DNA from: Lachnospiraceae bacterium
Lineage (GTDB): Bacteria > Bacillota > Clostridia > Lachnospirales > Lachnospiraceae
Direction: 5' to 3'
DNA length: 64,000 nucleotides
NCBI GenBank assembly: GCA_022793375.1
Contig: JAAWCS010000040.1
Span: 1,157-65,156 of the forward strand
Made by a program: the position numbers and the translations under genes. Positions within the stretch are counted from its first letter, which is position 1, and each line of letters opens with the position of its first letter. The notes below the pieces were generated by a model. It was not told where the DNA came from and searched no databases. It saw nothing but the letters and a program-made list of their open reading frames with translations. Positions 43,367-52,645 of this stretch are shown in pieces.

Positions 43367-44404
43367 ATGAACATCACAATCGAAAAACGCGTATCAGGCT
43401 CCCTCTACGGAATGGCAACCGGCGACGCCTTAGGCGTCCCCTCGTCGACGTATGCCCAGCAGGCAGTCAAAGAACGGTGGGGATGGATCGATACGTTCCT
43501 GCCCCCCGATCCCGGCCACATTTTTCACGACGGTCTCAAAGCCGGCGAGTACACGGACGATACGGAACAGGCCCTGGCCCTGATTCACTCTTTTTTGCGC
43601 CATAAACGCGTGGTGCCGCGCGACGTAGTCGAAGAAATCATCAAGTGGGCCGACCGCGTCAAAGGGAAATATGCAAGCCCCTTAGGCCCCAGCACCGAAC
43701 GTGCGCTCAAAGCGATCCGCGCCGGCGCCGATCTGACACAGTCCGGCCGCCAGGGCAATACCAACGGTTCCGCCATGCGCATCAGCCCGGTGGGAATCCT
43801 TCACGGGATTCGGCGCTCCTCCTGCGAAGAGCTGGTAAAAGACGTATATCTGACCTGCCTGCCGACGCACAATACCGATGTCTGCGTTTCTTCGGCGGCC
43901 GCAATCGCCTGGGGGATTGCCGTCTGCTTAGGCGGCGAAACCGACCTTGAGCGCATTGTGGAAGAAACCGTGCGCGCCGCCGAACTGGGGAGACAGTACG
44001 GCTGCAAAATCTGCGCCCCTTCGGTCGCCAAACGCATCCGCCATGCCTGCGGCCTGGTCAAAGAAGCCGGCAGTCCGCAGGAGGCCATGGAGAACCTCTA
44101 CGATATCTACGCCGGCATGGATTTGGCGGCCGACTCGATTCCGGTGGCGATCGCCCTGTTTGTGCTCGGAAAAGGCGACGTAAAGAAAGTCAACGAATAC
44201 TGCGTCAATTTTGGCGGCGACTGCGACACGAACGCGGCGATGGCCGGCGCGATGGCCGGCGCCTACTCCGGCATCGACAGCGTGCCGGCTGAGTGGGTTC
44301 GGACGATCAACGAAGTCAACCACATCGACCTCATGGAGTACGTGCCGCAGCTGATTGGCCTGGCCGGCGAGTGGACGGTCGGCGGCGGGGATGAGGCGGT
44401 TTAA
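43367..44404 (+). CDS. ADP-ribosylglycohydrolase (ARH/DraG) family protein
   Basis: 'GSLYGMATGDALGVP' and 'EYTDDTEQALAL' are N-terminal metal-binding motifs. 'GGDCDTNAAMAGAMAGAY' is the C-terminal motif. Confidence 0.85.
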   Translation: MNITIEKRVSGSLYGMATGDALGVPSSTYAQQAVKERWGWIDTFLPPDPGHIFHDGLKAGEYTDDTEQALALIHSFLRHKRVVPRDVVEEIIKWADRVKGKYASPLGPSTERALKAIRAGADLTQSGRQGNTNGSAMRISPVGILHGIRRSSCEELVKDVYLTCLPTHNTDVCVSSAAAIAWGIAVCLGGETDLERIVEETVRAAELGRQYGCKICAPSVAKRIRHACGLVKEAGSPQEAMENLYDIYAGMDLAADSIPVAIALFVLGKGDVKKVNEYCVNFGGDCDTNAAMAGAMAGAYSGIDSVPAEWVRTINEVNHIDLMEYVPQLIGLAGEWTVGGGDEAV

Positions 44405-44443
44405 AAAGCAGGAAAAATATTCCTTCTTCTTATCAGGAACTTC

Positions 44444-44473
44444 TTGACGGGCTCCCTTTGCTCTGGGTATAAT
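44444..44473 (+). promoter_or_regulatory. Candidate promoter of nrdR
   Basis: TTGACG (44444-44449), 18-nt spacer, TATAAT (44468-44473). Confidence 0.45.
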
Positions 44474-44503
44474 AATAAAAAAAGAGATGGGAGGTGCCCC
44501 ACA

Positions 44504-44968
44504 ATGAGATGTCCTTTTTGCGGGGAAGAAAACACCCGGGTTGTAGATTCCCGCCCGGCGGAGGACGGAAGTTCCATTCGCCGCCGCCGTCAGTGCGACG
44601 CCTGCAGCCGGCGCTTTACGACCTATGAGAAAGTCGAGACAATCCCCCTCCTGGTCGTAAAAAAAGACGACAGCCGCGTCCCCTACGAACGTTCCAAGAT
44701 TGAATCCGGCGTGCTGCGGGCCTGCCATAAACGGCCGGTTTCCAGCGCCCAGATCGAAAAACTGATCGACGAAGTCGAGACGGCGCTCTTTCAGTCCGGT
44801 GTCACGGAAGTCAAGACCACGTTCATCGGCGAGCTGGTGATGGAGCGTCTCAAATGCCTGGACCAGGTCGCCTATGTGCGCTTTGCTTCCGTCTATCGGG
44901 AATTCAAAGACGTCCGCACCTTTATGGTCGAACTTCGGAAGCTGTCGGGAGAAGAGGGCCATGCTTGA
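44504..44968 (+). CDS. nrdR: Transcriptional repressor NrdR
   Basis: '[18 protein letters not shown]...[17 protein letters not shown]' is the zinc ribbon, followed by an ATP-cone. GGGAGGTG RBS. Confidence 0.9.
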   Translation: MRCPFCGEENTRVVDSRPAEDGSSIRRRRQCDACSRRFTTYEKVETIPLLVVKKDDSRVPYERSKIESGVLRACHKRPVSSAQIEKLIDEVETALFQSGVTEVKTTFIGELVMERLKCLDQVAYVRFASVYREFKDVRTFMVELRKLSGEEGHA

Positions 44969-45461
44969 TAAATTTTATCCGAACGCCCGCACGGCGACCT
45001 CCTGGGGGATCGATTACGAGACATTGGCGGCCGGGGGCTGCCGCGGCGTCATTTTCGACATTGACAACACGCTTTCCGTGCACGGCGGCCCGCCGCCCGA
45101 ACAGACGCTTCGTCTCTTTGAGCACCTGCGCACGCTCGGCATAGCGGCCTGTCTTTTATCCAACAATAAAGAACCGCGGGTTAAGCCCTTTGCCGAAGCG
45201 GTCGGCGTCCCCTATATTGCCAAAGCGGGCAAACCCTCGGTCAAGGGCTATGAGAAGGCCATGTCCGTCATGGGCACGGATGCGGGCAGCACCGTGTTCG
45301 TCGGCGATCAGCTTTTTACCGACGTCTACGGCGCCCGCCGCGCCGGACTCTACAGCATCCTCGTAGAACCGATCGATCCGCGGGAAGAAATCCAGATCGT
45401 CCTCAAGCGGTATCTGGAAAAGATTGTCCTTTTTTTCTACGAAAGGCGACCGAAACAATAA
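44961..45461 (+). CDS. YqeG family HAD-IIIA phosphatase
   Basis: 'VIFDIDNTL', 'LSNN' and '[10 protein letters not shown]' motifs. It overlaps the nrdR stop. Confidence 0.8.
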   Translation: MLDKFYPNARTATSWGIDYETLAAGGCRGVIFDIDNTLSVHGGPPPEQTLRLFEHLRTLGIAACLLSNNKEPRVKPFAEAVGVPYIAKAGKPSVKGYEKAMSVMGTDAGSTVFVGDQLFTDVYGARRAGLYSILVEPIDPREEIQIVLKRYLEKIVLFFYERRPKQ

Positions 45462-45486
45462 AATTTGCCGCACAAATAAAAAAAGG

Positions 45487-45515
45487 TTGATAAAAGATTC
45501 ATTTTAGTATAGAAT
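45487..45515 (+). promoter_or_regulatory. Candidate promoter of efp
   Basis: TTGATA (45487-45492), 17-nt spacer, TAGAAT (45510-45515). Confidence 0.5.
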
Positions 45516-45560
45516 GGCAAAAGAGAAGAGAATCAAACCAACGTAAGGAGGAACCTATTC

Positions 45561-46118
45561 ATGGTATCAGCTGGCGAGTTTAGAAACGGCGTTACGATTG
45601 AAATTGAGGGGAACATTTTTCAGATTATCGAGTTTCAGCATGTAAAACCGGGTAAAGGCGCAGCATTTGTCAGAACGAAATTAAAAAATATTATCAGCGG
45701 CGGCGTGGTGGAAAAGACTTTCCGCCCGACCGAAAAGTTTGAGAACGCGCACATCGACCGCGTGGACATGCAGTATCTGTATTCCGACGGCGACTTATAC
45801 TACTTTATGGATGTCAATACCTACGACCAGATTGCGCTCAATCCGGATCAGATCGGCGACACCCTGAAGTTTGTCAAAGAAAACGAGATGGTAAAGATCT
45901 GCTCGCACAAGGGCAACGTATTCGCCATTGAGCCGCCCCTGTTCGTGGAGCTGGAGATCACCGAGACCGAGCCCGGCTTCAAGGGCGATACCGCGACCGG
46001 CGCGACCAAGCCCGCGACGGTGGAGACCGGGGCCGTGGTGTATGTGCCGCTGTTTGTAGACCAGGGCGACAAGATCAAGATCGATACCCGCACGGGCGAG
46101 TATCTGTCCCGCGTCTGA
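45561..46118 (+). CDS. efp: Elongation factor P
   Basis: '[19 protein letters not shown]' includes the conserved modified-Lys loop. 185 aa. Confidence 0.95.
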   Translation: MVSAGEFRNGVTIEIEGNIFQIIEFQHVKPGKGAAFVRTKLKNIISGGVVEKTFRPTEKFENAHIDRVDMQYLYSDGDLYYFMDVNTYDQIALNPDQIGDTLKFVKENEMVKICSHKGNVFAIEPPLFVELEITETEPGFKGDTATGATKPATVETGAVVYVPLFVDQGDKIKIDTRTGEYLSRV

Positions 46119-46220
46119 GACAGGAGCGGAGGGCCCGCATTTGTGCCTGAGACCGTTTGGGGGCAAACATGGGCGGAGGGCGGCCGCAGACGGCGCGTCC
46201 CAAACAGGATATGCAAGAAT

Positions 46221-46258
46221 AATGCCAGGGAGGAGATTTCTTCCCCGGCATTTGTTTG
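46221..46258 (+). terminator. Possible efp terminator hairpin
   Basis: aatgccaggga pairs with tccccggcatt (one mismatch), followed by tgtttg. Confidence 0.35.
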
Positions 46259-46285
46259 AATATGGCGCAGTAGAGGAGGGATTTA

Positions 46286-48088
46286 ATGAAGAAATTATTG
46301 GACATGCTCTCGGAACAGGTGGGCGAAGCCTTTGCCGCCTGCGGCTATGAGACGTCTTACGGAAAAGTAACGGTATCCAACCGCCCGGATTTATGCGAAT
46401 TTCAGTGCAACGGAGCGATGGCCGGCGCCAAGGCGTACAAAAAAGCGCCGATCCGGATTGCGGGCGAGGTAACACAGCAGCTCAAGGCCCGGTGCGGGAC
46501 CGTGTGGCGGGAGGTATCCGCCGTGCCCCCGGGCTTTATCAACCTGACCCTGCACGAGGACTTCCTGGCCGCGTACCTGACACAGGCGGCAGCGGATCAA
46601 AAGCTGGGCTGTCCCTGCCCGGCGATTACGCAGAATATCCTTGTCGATTACGGCGGCCCCAATGTCGCCAAGCCCCTGCATATCGGCCACCTGCGCAGCG
46701 CGATCATCGGCGAGAGCGTCAAACGCATCTGCCGCTTTATGGGCCACCGCGTGACCGGCGACGTCCATCTGGGAGACTGGGGCCTGCAGATGGGCCTGAT
46801 TATGCAGGAATTAAAAGAGCGCCGGCCCGGCCTGCCTTATTTTGATCCGTCCTGGAGCGGCGAATATCCGCAGGAGGCCCCCTTTACGATCGGCGAACTG
46901 GAGGAAATCTATCCGGCGGCCAGCGCCAAATCCAAGGAGGACGAGGATTTCAGCCGCCGCGCCCACGACACGACCTTTTTGTTCCAGCAGGGCGACCCGG
47001 GGCTGACGGCGCTGTGGCGTCACATTGTCGCGGTGTCGGTACGGGATTTAAAAGAAAATTACCGCAAGCTGAACGTAGACTTTGACGTCTGGTACGGAGA
47101 AAGCGACGCTCAGCCCTTCATTCCGGCAATGGTCGAAAAAATGAAGGCCGACGGCTACGCCCATGAGAGCCAGGGGGCGCTGGTGGTGGAGGTGGCCGAA
47201 GAGGGCGACACGAAGGAAATTCCGCCCTGTATTTTGGTGAAATCCGACGGGGCGACCCTGTATTCGACGACCGACCTGGCGACCATTGTCCAGCGCATGG
47301 AGGAGGACAGCCTGGATCAGATCATCTACCTGGCGGACAAGCGGCAGGAGATGCATTTCACGCAGGTGTTCCGCTGCAGCCGCAAGACCGGCCTGGTGAC
47401 AGAGAACGTGCGCCTAAAATATATCGGCTTTGGCACGATGAACGGAAAAGACGGCCGGCCGTTCAAGACTCGTTCCGGCGGCGTCATGCGCCTGGAATAC
47501 CTGATCCGTGAGATCGAGGATGCCGTGTACCGGCGGATCATGGAAAATGAAAACCGTACCATGGACGAAGCGCAGGCCCGAAAGACGGCGGCGATCGTCG
47601 GGCTGGCCGCGCTCAAATACGGCGACCTTTCCAACCAGGCCTCAAAGGATTATGTGTTTGATATCGAGCGCTTTTCCTCCTTTGAAGGAAACACCGGGCC
47701 GTATATCCTCTATACGATCGTGCGCATCAAGTCGATCCTGGAAAAATATGCGCAGGCCAACGCAGACCGCGTAAAGAGCGCGGGAGAGAAGCCGGCCGGC
47801 GGGCCGATCCTGGCGGCGGTAAGCGCCAGCGAAAAGCAGCTGCAGCTGTGCCTTTCACAGTTCGGCGAGACGATGGCCGCCGCTTACTCCGAACTGGCGC
47901 CGCATAAGATCTGCCAGTATGTCTATGAACTGTCCAATGCTCTGAACCAGTTTTACCATGAGACAAAGATTCTGGCAGAGCAGGAGGCAGAACGGCGGGA
48001 GGGCTATATTCGGCTGATTACTCTGACAAAGAGGGTGCTGGAGACAGGGATCGATTTGCTGGGCTTTTACGCGCCGGAGAGGATGTAG
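46286..48088 (+). CDS. argS: Arginine--tRNA ligase
   Basis: 'GGPNVAKPLHIGHLRSAIIG' is the class I HIGH region. 600 aa, with the typical C-terminal anticodon-binding end '...APERM'. Confidence 0.85.
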   Translation: MKKLLDMLSEQVGEAFAACGYETSYGKVTVSNRPDLCEFQCNGAMAGAKAYKKAPIRIAGEVTQQLKARCGTVWREVSAVPPGFINLTLHEDFLAAYLTQAAADQKLGCPCPAITQNILVDYGGPNVAKPLHIGHLRSAIIGESVKRICRFMGHRVTGDVHLGDWGLQMGLIMQELKERRPGLPYFDPSWSGEYPQEAPFTIGELEEIYPAASAKSKEDEDFSRRAHDTTFLFQQGDPGLTALWRHIVAVSVRDLKENYRKLNVDFDVWYGESDAQPFIPAMVEKMKADGYAHESQGALVVEVAEEGDTKEIPPCILVKSDGATLYSTTDLATIVQRMEEDSLDQIIYLADKRQEMHFTQVFRCSRKTGLVTENVRLKYIGFGTMNGKDGRPFKTRSGGVMRLEYLIREIEDAVYRRIMENENRTMDEAQARKTAAIVGLAALKYGDLSNQASKDYVFDIERFSSFEGNTGPYILYTIVRIKSILEKYAQANADRVKSAGEKPAGGPILAAVSASEKQLQLCLSQFGETMAAAYSELAPHKICQYVYELSNALNQFYHETKILAEQEAERREGYIRLITLTKRVLETGIDLLGFYAPERM

Positions 48089-48230
48089 GGACTGACAGAT
48101 TCATGACAAAAAATTAAGGTATGGACTTTTGCCGCCATCAATGCTAAAATAGTTTTATGAGTTTTAAGCTGCTTTGGAGACAAAGCAGGCAGAGAGACGG
48201 GGCATGGCCACTGTCTCCGGGAGGGATAAA

Positions 48231-48728
48231 ATGGCAGGAGAAAGAGTACGGTATATATGTCCGATCTGCGATCAGGAATTAAAATTTGGCAAGCATTACT
48301 GCTGGAACTGCAAGAGCCGCGTGGAGGAGCCCTGGCGCTACACCGGCGGCCATCTGCCGAACGAAGGCCATGCAGACGGCTGCCATCCGGCGCAGACATA
48401 TATGCAGCCGAGGACTTCAAACCCGGCCAATACGGGCCGTACACACGGCGGCCGCAGCCTGGCCGGCAAAAATAACACCAGCAAGCAGTACACCTACAAC
48501 CGTCCGGGGACGGCGCCTAATGCGGCGCGTACCGCGGTACCCGGCGGGGCCTCCGCGGCCGGCGGCGCCCCTTACAGAAATCCCGGCGCCGGCTCATACG
48601 GCGGTTCGGGCACATACGGCAGCAATACGCCCCGCAGGAAGAATACGGGCGTCGGGACGCTGATTCTTGTCTTGCTTGTATTTTGGTTTATCATACAGTT
48701 GGTGTTTGGAATTCTTTTCCGTTTTTGA
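48231..48728 (+). CDS. Hypothetical zinc-ribbon protein with a low-complexity Gly/Pro/Asn/Thr-rich linker and a C-terminal TM anchor
   Basis: 'CPICDQ...CWNCKS' motif and C-terminal 'LILVLLVFWFIIQLVFGILF'. GGGAGGG RBS before the ATG at 48231. Confidence 0.5.
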   Translation: MAGERVRYICPICDQELKFGKHYCWNCKSRVEEPWRYTGGHLPNEGHADGCHPAQTYMQPRTSNPANTGRTHGGRSLAGKNNTSKQYTYNRPGTAPNAARTAVPGGASAAGGAPYRNPGAGSYGGSGTYGSNTPRRKNTGVGTLILVLLVFWFIIQLVFGILFRF

Positions 48729-48938
48729 AGCCGGGAGACAGGAAATACACATTATAACAGGTAAAGAGATGACAAATTTAAGACTTTTCCCTCAGCGATG
48801 TTTGTGGTATACTGTTTTATTGAATGGAGACACACAGACAGCCTGAGCGGAAAAGTTTTCTTTTTGACGATAAAATGCAGACAAACGATCTCAGGATGAT
48901 AAACAGATTGAAATTTTGACAGGCGGAGGAAAGTTTGA

Positions 48939-50240
48939 ATGAAAAAGCGCGGTTTGGGAACGACATGCATCCAGGGCGGCTACACCCCCAAGAAGGGAGA
49001 GGCCCGTGTACTTCCGGTTTATCAGAGCACGACCTTTAAATACGATACCAGCGAGCAGATGGCCAGGCTGTTTGATTTAGAGGACAGCGGATATTTCTAT
49101 TCCCGTCTGCAAAATCCCACCTGCGATGCGGTGGCGGCAAAGATTTGCGAGCTGGAGGGCGGCGTGGGCGCGATTTTAACTTCGTCCGGGCAGGCCGCTT
49201 CGTTTTTGGCGATTTTCAACTTATGCGGGGCCGGCGACCATATCGTGAGTTCGGCCGCGATTTACGGCGGGACGTCCAACCTGTTTACCGTAACAATGAA
49301 AAAGCTGGGGATCGAAGTGACGCTGGTGGATCCGGATGCTTCTAAAGAAGAGCTGCGCGCGGCGTTTCGCCCGAATACGAAGGCTTTGTTTGCGGAGACG
49401 CTTTCCAATCCGTCGATGGCGGTGCTCGACTTTGAAAAATTTGCCGCCGTGGCCCACGAGCAGGGGGTTCCGCTTGTGGTGGACAATACCTTTGCGACCC
49501 CGATCAACTGCCGGCCGTTTGAGTGGGGGGCGGACATCGTGACGCATTCCACGACCAAATATATGGACGGCCACGCGATGGCGGTGGGCGGATGCATCGT
49601 GGACAGCGGTAATTTCGACTGGATGGCCCACAAGGAGAAATTCCCCGGCTTAACGACGCCGGACGATTCGTACCATGGCCTGGTCTACGCAGAGAACTTT
49701 GGCAAGATGGCGTATATTATGAAGGCGACGGCCCAGCTGATGCGTGATTTGGGGACCTGCCAGTCGCCGCAGAACGCGTTTTTGCTGAATGTGGGGCTGG
49801 AGACCTTGCATCTGCGGATGGCACGCCACTGTGAGAATGCTTTGAAAGCGGCCCGTTTCCTGTCTGAAAATCCGCATGTGGCCTGGGTGAATTATCCCGG
49901 GCTGGAGGGCGACCGTTATTACGAAAGAGCGCAAAAGTATATGCCGAACGGCGCCTGCGGCGTCATTGCTTTTGGTTTAAAGGGCGGGCGCGAGCAGTCG
50001 ATCGCTTTTATGGATAAGCTGGAACTGGGGGCGATCGTGACCCATGTGGCCGATGCGCGCACGTCGGTGCTGCATCCCGCCAGCCATACGCACCGTCAGT
50101 TAAACGATGAGCAGCTGCTGGAGGCCGGGGTGCGCCCGGATCTGATCCGCTTATCCGTGGGTATCGAGGACGCGGAGGACATTATTGCGGATTTGAAACA
50201 GGCGATCGACCATGTATACGGGAGCGCTTTGAGCGATTAA
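48939..50240 (+). CDS. metY: O-acetylhomoserine aminocarboxypropyltransferase/sulfhydrylase (Cys/Met metabolism PLP enzyme)
   Basis: 'HSTTKYMDGH' is the PLP-Lys motif. 433 aa, with 'QNPT' and 'VDNTFATP' blocks. Confidence 0.8.
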   Translation: MKKRGLGTTCIQGGYTPKKGEARVLPVYQSTTFKYDTSEQMARLFDLEDSGYFYSRLQNPTCDAVAAKICELEGGVGAILTSSGQAASFLAIFNLCGAGDHIVSSAAIYGGTSNLFTVTMKKLGIEVTLVDPDASKEELRAAFRPNTKALFAETLSNPSMAVLDFEKFAAVAHEQGVPLVVDNTFATPINCRPFEWGADIVTHSTTKYMDGHAMAVGGCIVDSGNFDWMAHKEKFPGLTTPDDSYHGLVYAENFGKMAYIMKATAQLMRDLGTCQSPQNAFLLNVGLETLHLRMARHCENALKAARFLSENPHVAWVNYPGLEGDRYYERAQKYMPNGACGVIAFGLKGGREQSIAFMDKLELGAIVTHVADARTSVLHPASHTHRQLNDEQLLEAGVRPDLIRLSVGIEDAEDIIADLKQAIDHVYGSALSD

Positions 50241-50321
50241 AACGAGGCCGGGGCGCTCCTGAAGGGGCAGGAGCGGCCCGCAGACATACACGAACATCTA
50301 TCGGCGCGCAAGGAGTAGACT

Positions 50322-51590
50322 ATGAAAAAGATTGACGAATATACCGAGGAAGAGCTGGTATACCTGCAGAATAAGCTTCTGAAGGAATACGCCCATTTTA
50401 AGAATAAACATCTGCATTTGGATATGTCCCGCGGCAAGCCGTCCTCGCAGCAGTTAGACCGCAGCAACGGGATTTTGCGGGTGCTTGACAGCTACGAGAC
50501 GGAGGACGGCATCGATGCCCGCAATTACGGCGTCCTTGACGGGATTCCGGAGGCCAAGCGTCTGTTTTCCGATTTGCTTCGCATCCCGGACGCCAATATT
50601 ATCATCGGCGGCAATTCCAGCCTGAATCTGATGTACGACACGATGACGCGTTTTATGCTGTTTGGCTCCCTGGGAAGCACCCCCTGGTGTAAGCTGCCAA
50701 AGGTAAAGTGGCTGTGCCCGAGTCCGGGCTATGACCGCCATTTTTCGGTTACCGAGTCGATGGGCATCGAGATGATCCCGGTGCCGATGACCGAGGACGG
50801 CCCCGATATGGAGGTCGTGGAGAAGCTGGTTGCCAAAGACGAGCTGATAAAGGGTATGTGGTGCGTACCGCTGTATTCAAACCCGCAGGGCATTTGCTAC
50901 AGCGCGGAGACGATCGACCGCATGTGTTCGATGGAGACGGCGGCGGAGGACTTCCGCATTATGTGGGACAATGCATACGGCGTCCATGATATTTATGAGA
51001 AGATTCGATTGAAGGATATTTTTGTCACGGCTAAGAAATTCCATCATAAAGACCGCATTATGTACTTTTTCTCGACCTCCAAGATCACCTTCCCGGGCGC
51101 AGGCGTGGCGCTGATTGCCGCCAGCAAGCGCAATATCGCGGAGATCAAGAAACATATGAGCGTCCAGACCATTGGCTATGACAAGTTAAATCAGCTGCGC
51201 CATGTCAAATATTTCGGCACGGCCGACGGTATCCGGGCGCATATGCAGGAGTTGGCTAAGGATCTGCGCCCCAAGTTTGACGTGGTCCTAAAGACGCTGG
51301 AGCGGGAGATCGGCGACAGCGGTTTTGCGACCTGGATGGAGCCTAAGGGAGGATATTTCATATCGGTGGACACGCTGCCGGGCTGCGCGAAGGAGACGGT
51401 GGCGCTGGCAAAAGAGGCGGGCGTGATCCTGACGGCGGCGGGCGCGACCTATCCCTACGGCAACGACCCGCACGACAGCAATATCCGCATCGCGCCTTCG
51501 TACCCGACCGTGGAGGAGCTTGCGCAGGCCATGAACCTGTTCTGTCTGTGCGTGAAGCTGGCCGGGGTCACCAATTTGCTGGAGATTTGA
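50322..51590 (+). CDS. PLP-dependent aminotransferase (class I/II fold)
   Basis: 422 aa. 'FSTSKITFPGAGVA' is a Lys-containing PLP motif and 'LDMSRGKPS' is an N-terminal block. Confidence 0.7.
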   Translation: MKKIDEYTEEELVYLQNKLLKEYAHFKNKHLHLDMSRGKPSSQQLDRSNGILRVLDSYETEDGIDARNYGVLDGIPEAKRLFSDLLRIPDANIIIGGNSSLNLMYDTMTRFMLFGSLGSTPWCKLPKVKWLCPSPGYDRHFSVTESMGIEMIPVPMTEDGPDMEVVEKLVAKDELIKGMWCVPLYSNPQGICYSAETIDRMCSMETAAEDFRIMWDNAYGVHDIYEKIRLKDIFVTAKKFHHKDRIMYFFSTSKITFPGAGVALIAASKRNIAEIKKHMSVQTIGYDKLNQLRHVKYFGTADGIRAHMQELAKDLRPKFDVVLKTLEREIGDSGFATWMEPKGGYFISVDTLPGCAKETVALAKEAGVILTAAGATYPYGNDPHDSNIRIAPSYPTVEELAQAMNLFCLCVKLAGVTNLLEI

Positions 51591-51757
51591 TGGACGGCGG
51601 GCGTCGTGAGATGTCCTGCCGATGGGGATTTGCAGAAAATGGATTGGATTCGCACGGCTTGCCGGCTGACCGACAGGCCGCTTAGAATAAAACTTGCTTC
51701 TGTCGGGGCTTTTGCCCGGATAGCGGTAAAAAATAACAGAAATGGGGGAACCAAACT

Positions 51758-52645
51758 ATGTACCAGATTTTGAAGTCGGAAAAGTTGGCTGACCGTACCT
51801 GGCTGATGGTGATTAAGGCGCCTTGGGTTGCCAGAGCCTGCCAGCCGGGCCAGTTCATTATCCTTCGCGTGGATGAGGAGGGGGAGCGCATTCCGCTGAC
51901 CATCTGCGACTACGACCGCGCAGAAGGGACTGTCACGATCGTGTTCCAGACCATCGGCGTCTCGACGGCTAAATTGGAAAAGCTTCAGGCCGGCGACTGT
52001 GTGGCGGATTTTGTCGGACCGCTTGGCAAGGCGTCCGATTTGATCGACGAGCCGGTGGAGGAGCTGAAAAAGAAAAAGATCCTTTTCATTGCCGGCGGCG
52101 TGGGCGCTGCGCCCGTGTATCCGCAGGTAAAATGGCTGCATGAGCAGGGCGTGGGGGCCGACGTGATTATCGGGGCCCGCACAAAAGACCTGATTCTTTT
52201 GGAGAAGGAGATGGAGGCGGTGGCCGACCATCTGTATATCAGTACCGACGACGGCAGCTACGGCCATGCGGGCGTGGCCGGCAAGGTGCTGGAAGAATTG
52301 GCGGCCCAGGGTATGAAATACGACCACTGCGTGATTATCGGGCCGATGATTATGATGAAGTTTACCTGCATGACCACGAAAAAGCTGGGGATCCCGACCG
52401 TTGTCAGCATGAACCCGATCATGGTAGACGGCACCGGCATGTGCGGCGGCTGCCGTTTGACGGTAGGCGGCGAAGTGAAATTTGCCTGCGTGGACGGACC
52501 GGAATTTGACGGCCACCTGGTGGATTTTGACCAGGCCATGAAGCGCCAGCAGATGTATAAGACCGAAGAGGGCAGAAAGATGTTAGAGTACCAGGAGGGC
52601 GCCACCCACCACGGCGGCTGCGGACATTGCGGAGGTGATCACTGA
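51758..52645 (+). CDS. nfnA: Sulfide/dihydroorotate dehydrogenase-like FAD/NAD-binding subunit (NfnA/GltD-partner-like ferredoxin-NADP reductase subunit)
   Basis: 'PGQFIILRVDEEGERIPLTI' is the FAD-binding barrel. 'GGVGAAPV' and the C-terminal 'CGGCR' [2Fe-2S] motif are present. Confidence 0.7.
   Translation: MYQILKSEKLADRTWLMVIKAPWVARACQPGQFIILRVDEEGERIPLTICDYDRAEGTVTIVFQTIGVSTAKLEKLQAGDCVADFVGPLGKASDLIDEPVEELKKKKILFIAGGVGAAPVYPQVKWLHEQGVGADVIIGARTKDLILLEKEMEAVADHLYISTDDGSYGHAGVAGKVLEELAAQGMKYDHCVIIGPMIMMKFTCMTTKKLGIPTVVSMNPIMVDGTGMCGGCRLTVGGEVKFACVDGPEFDGHLVDFDQAMKRQQMYKTEEGRKMLEYQEGATHHGGCGHCGGDH

Noticed and set aside
46119-46285. A T-box leader upstream of argS.
   Set aside because: The gap is only 167 nt. 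I find neither a specifier-loop/AGAGA/GNUGNA arrangement nor the conserved T-box sequence. It more likely holds the efp terminator and a simple promoter.
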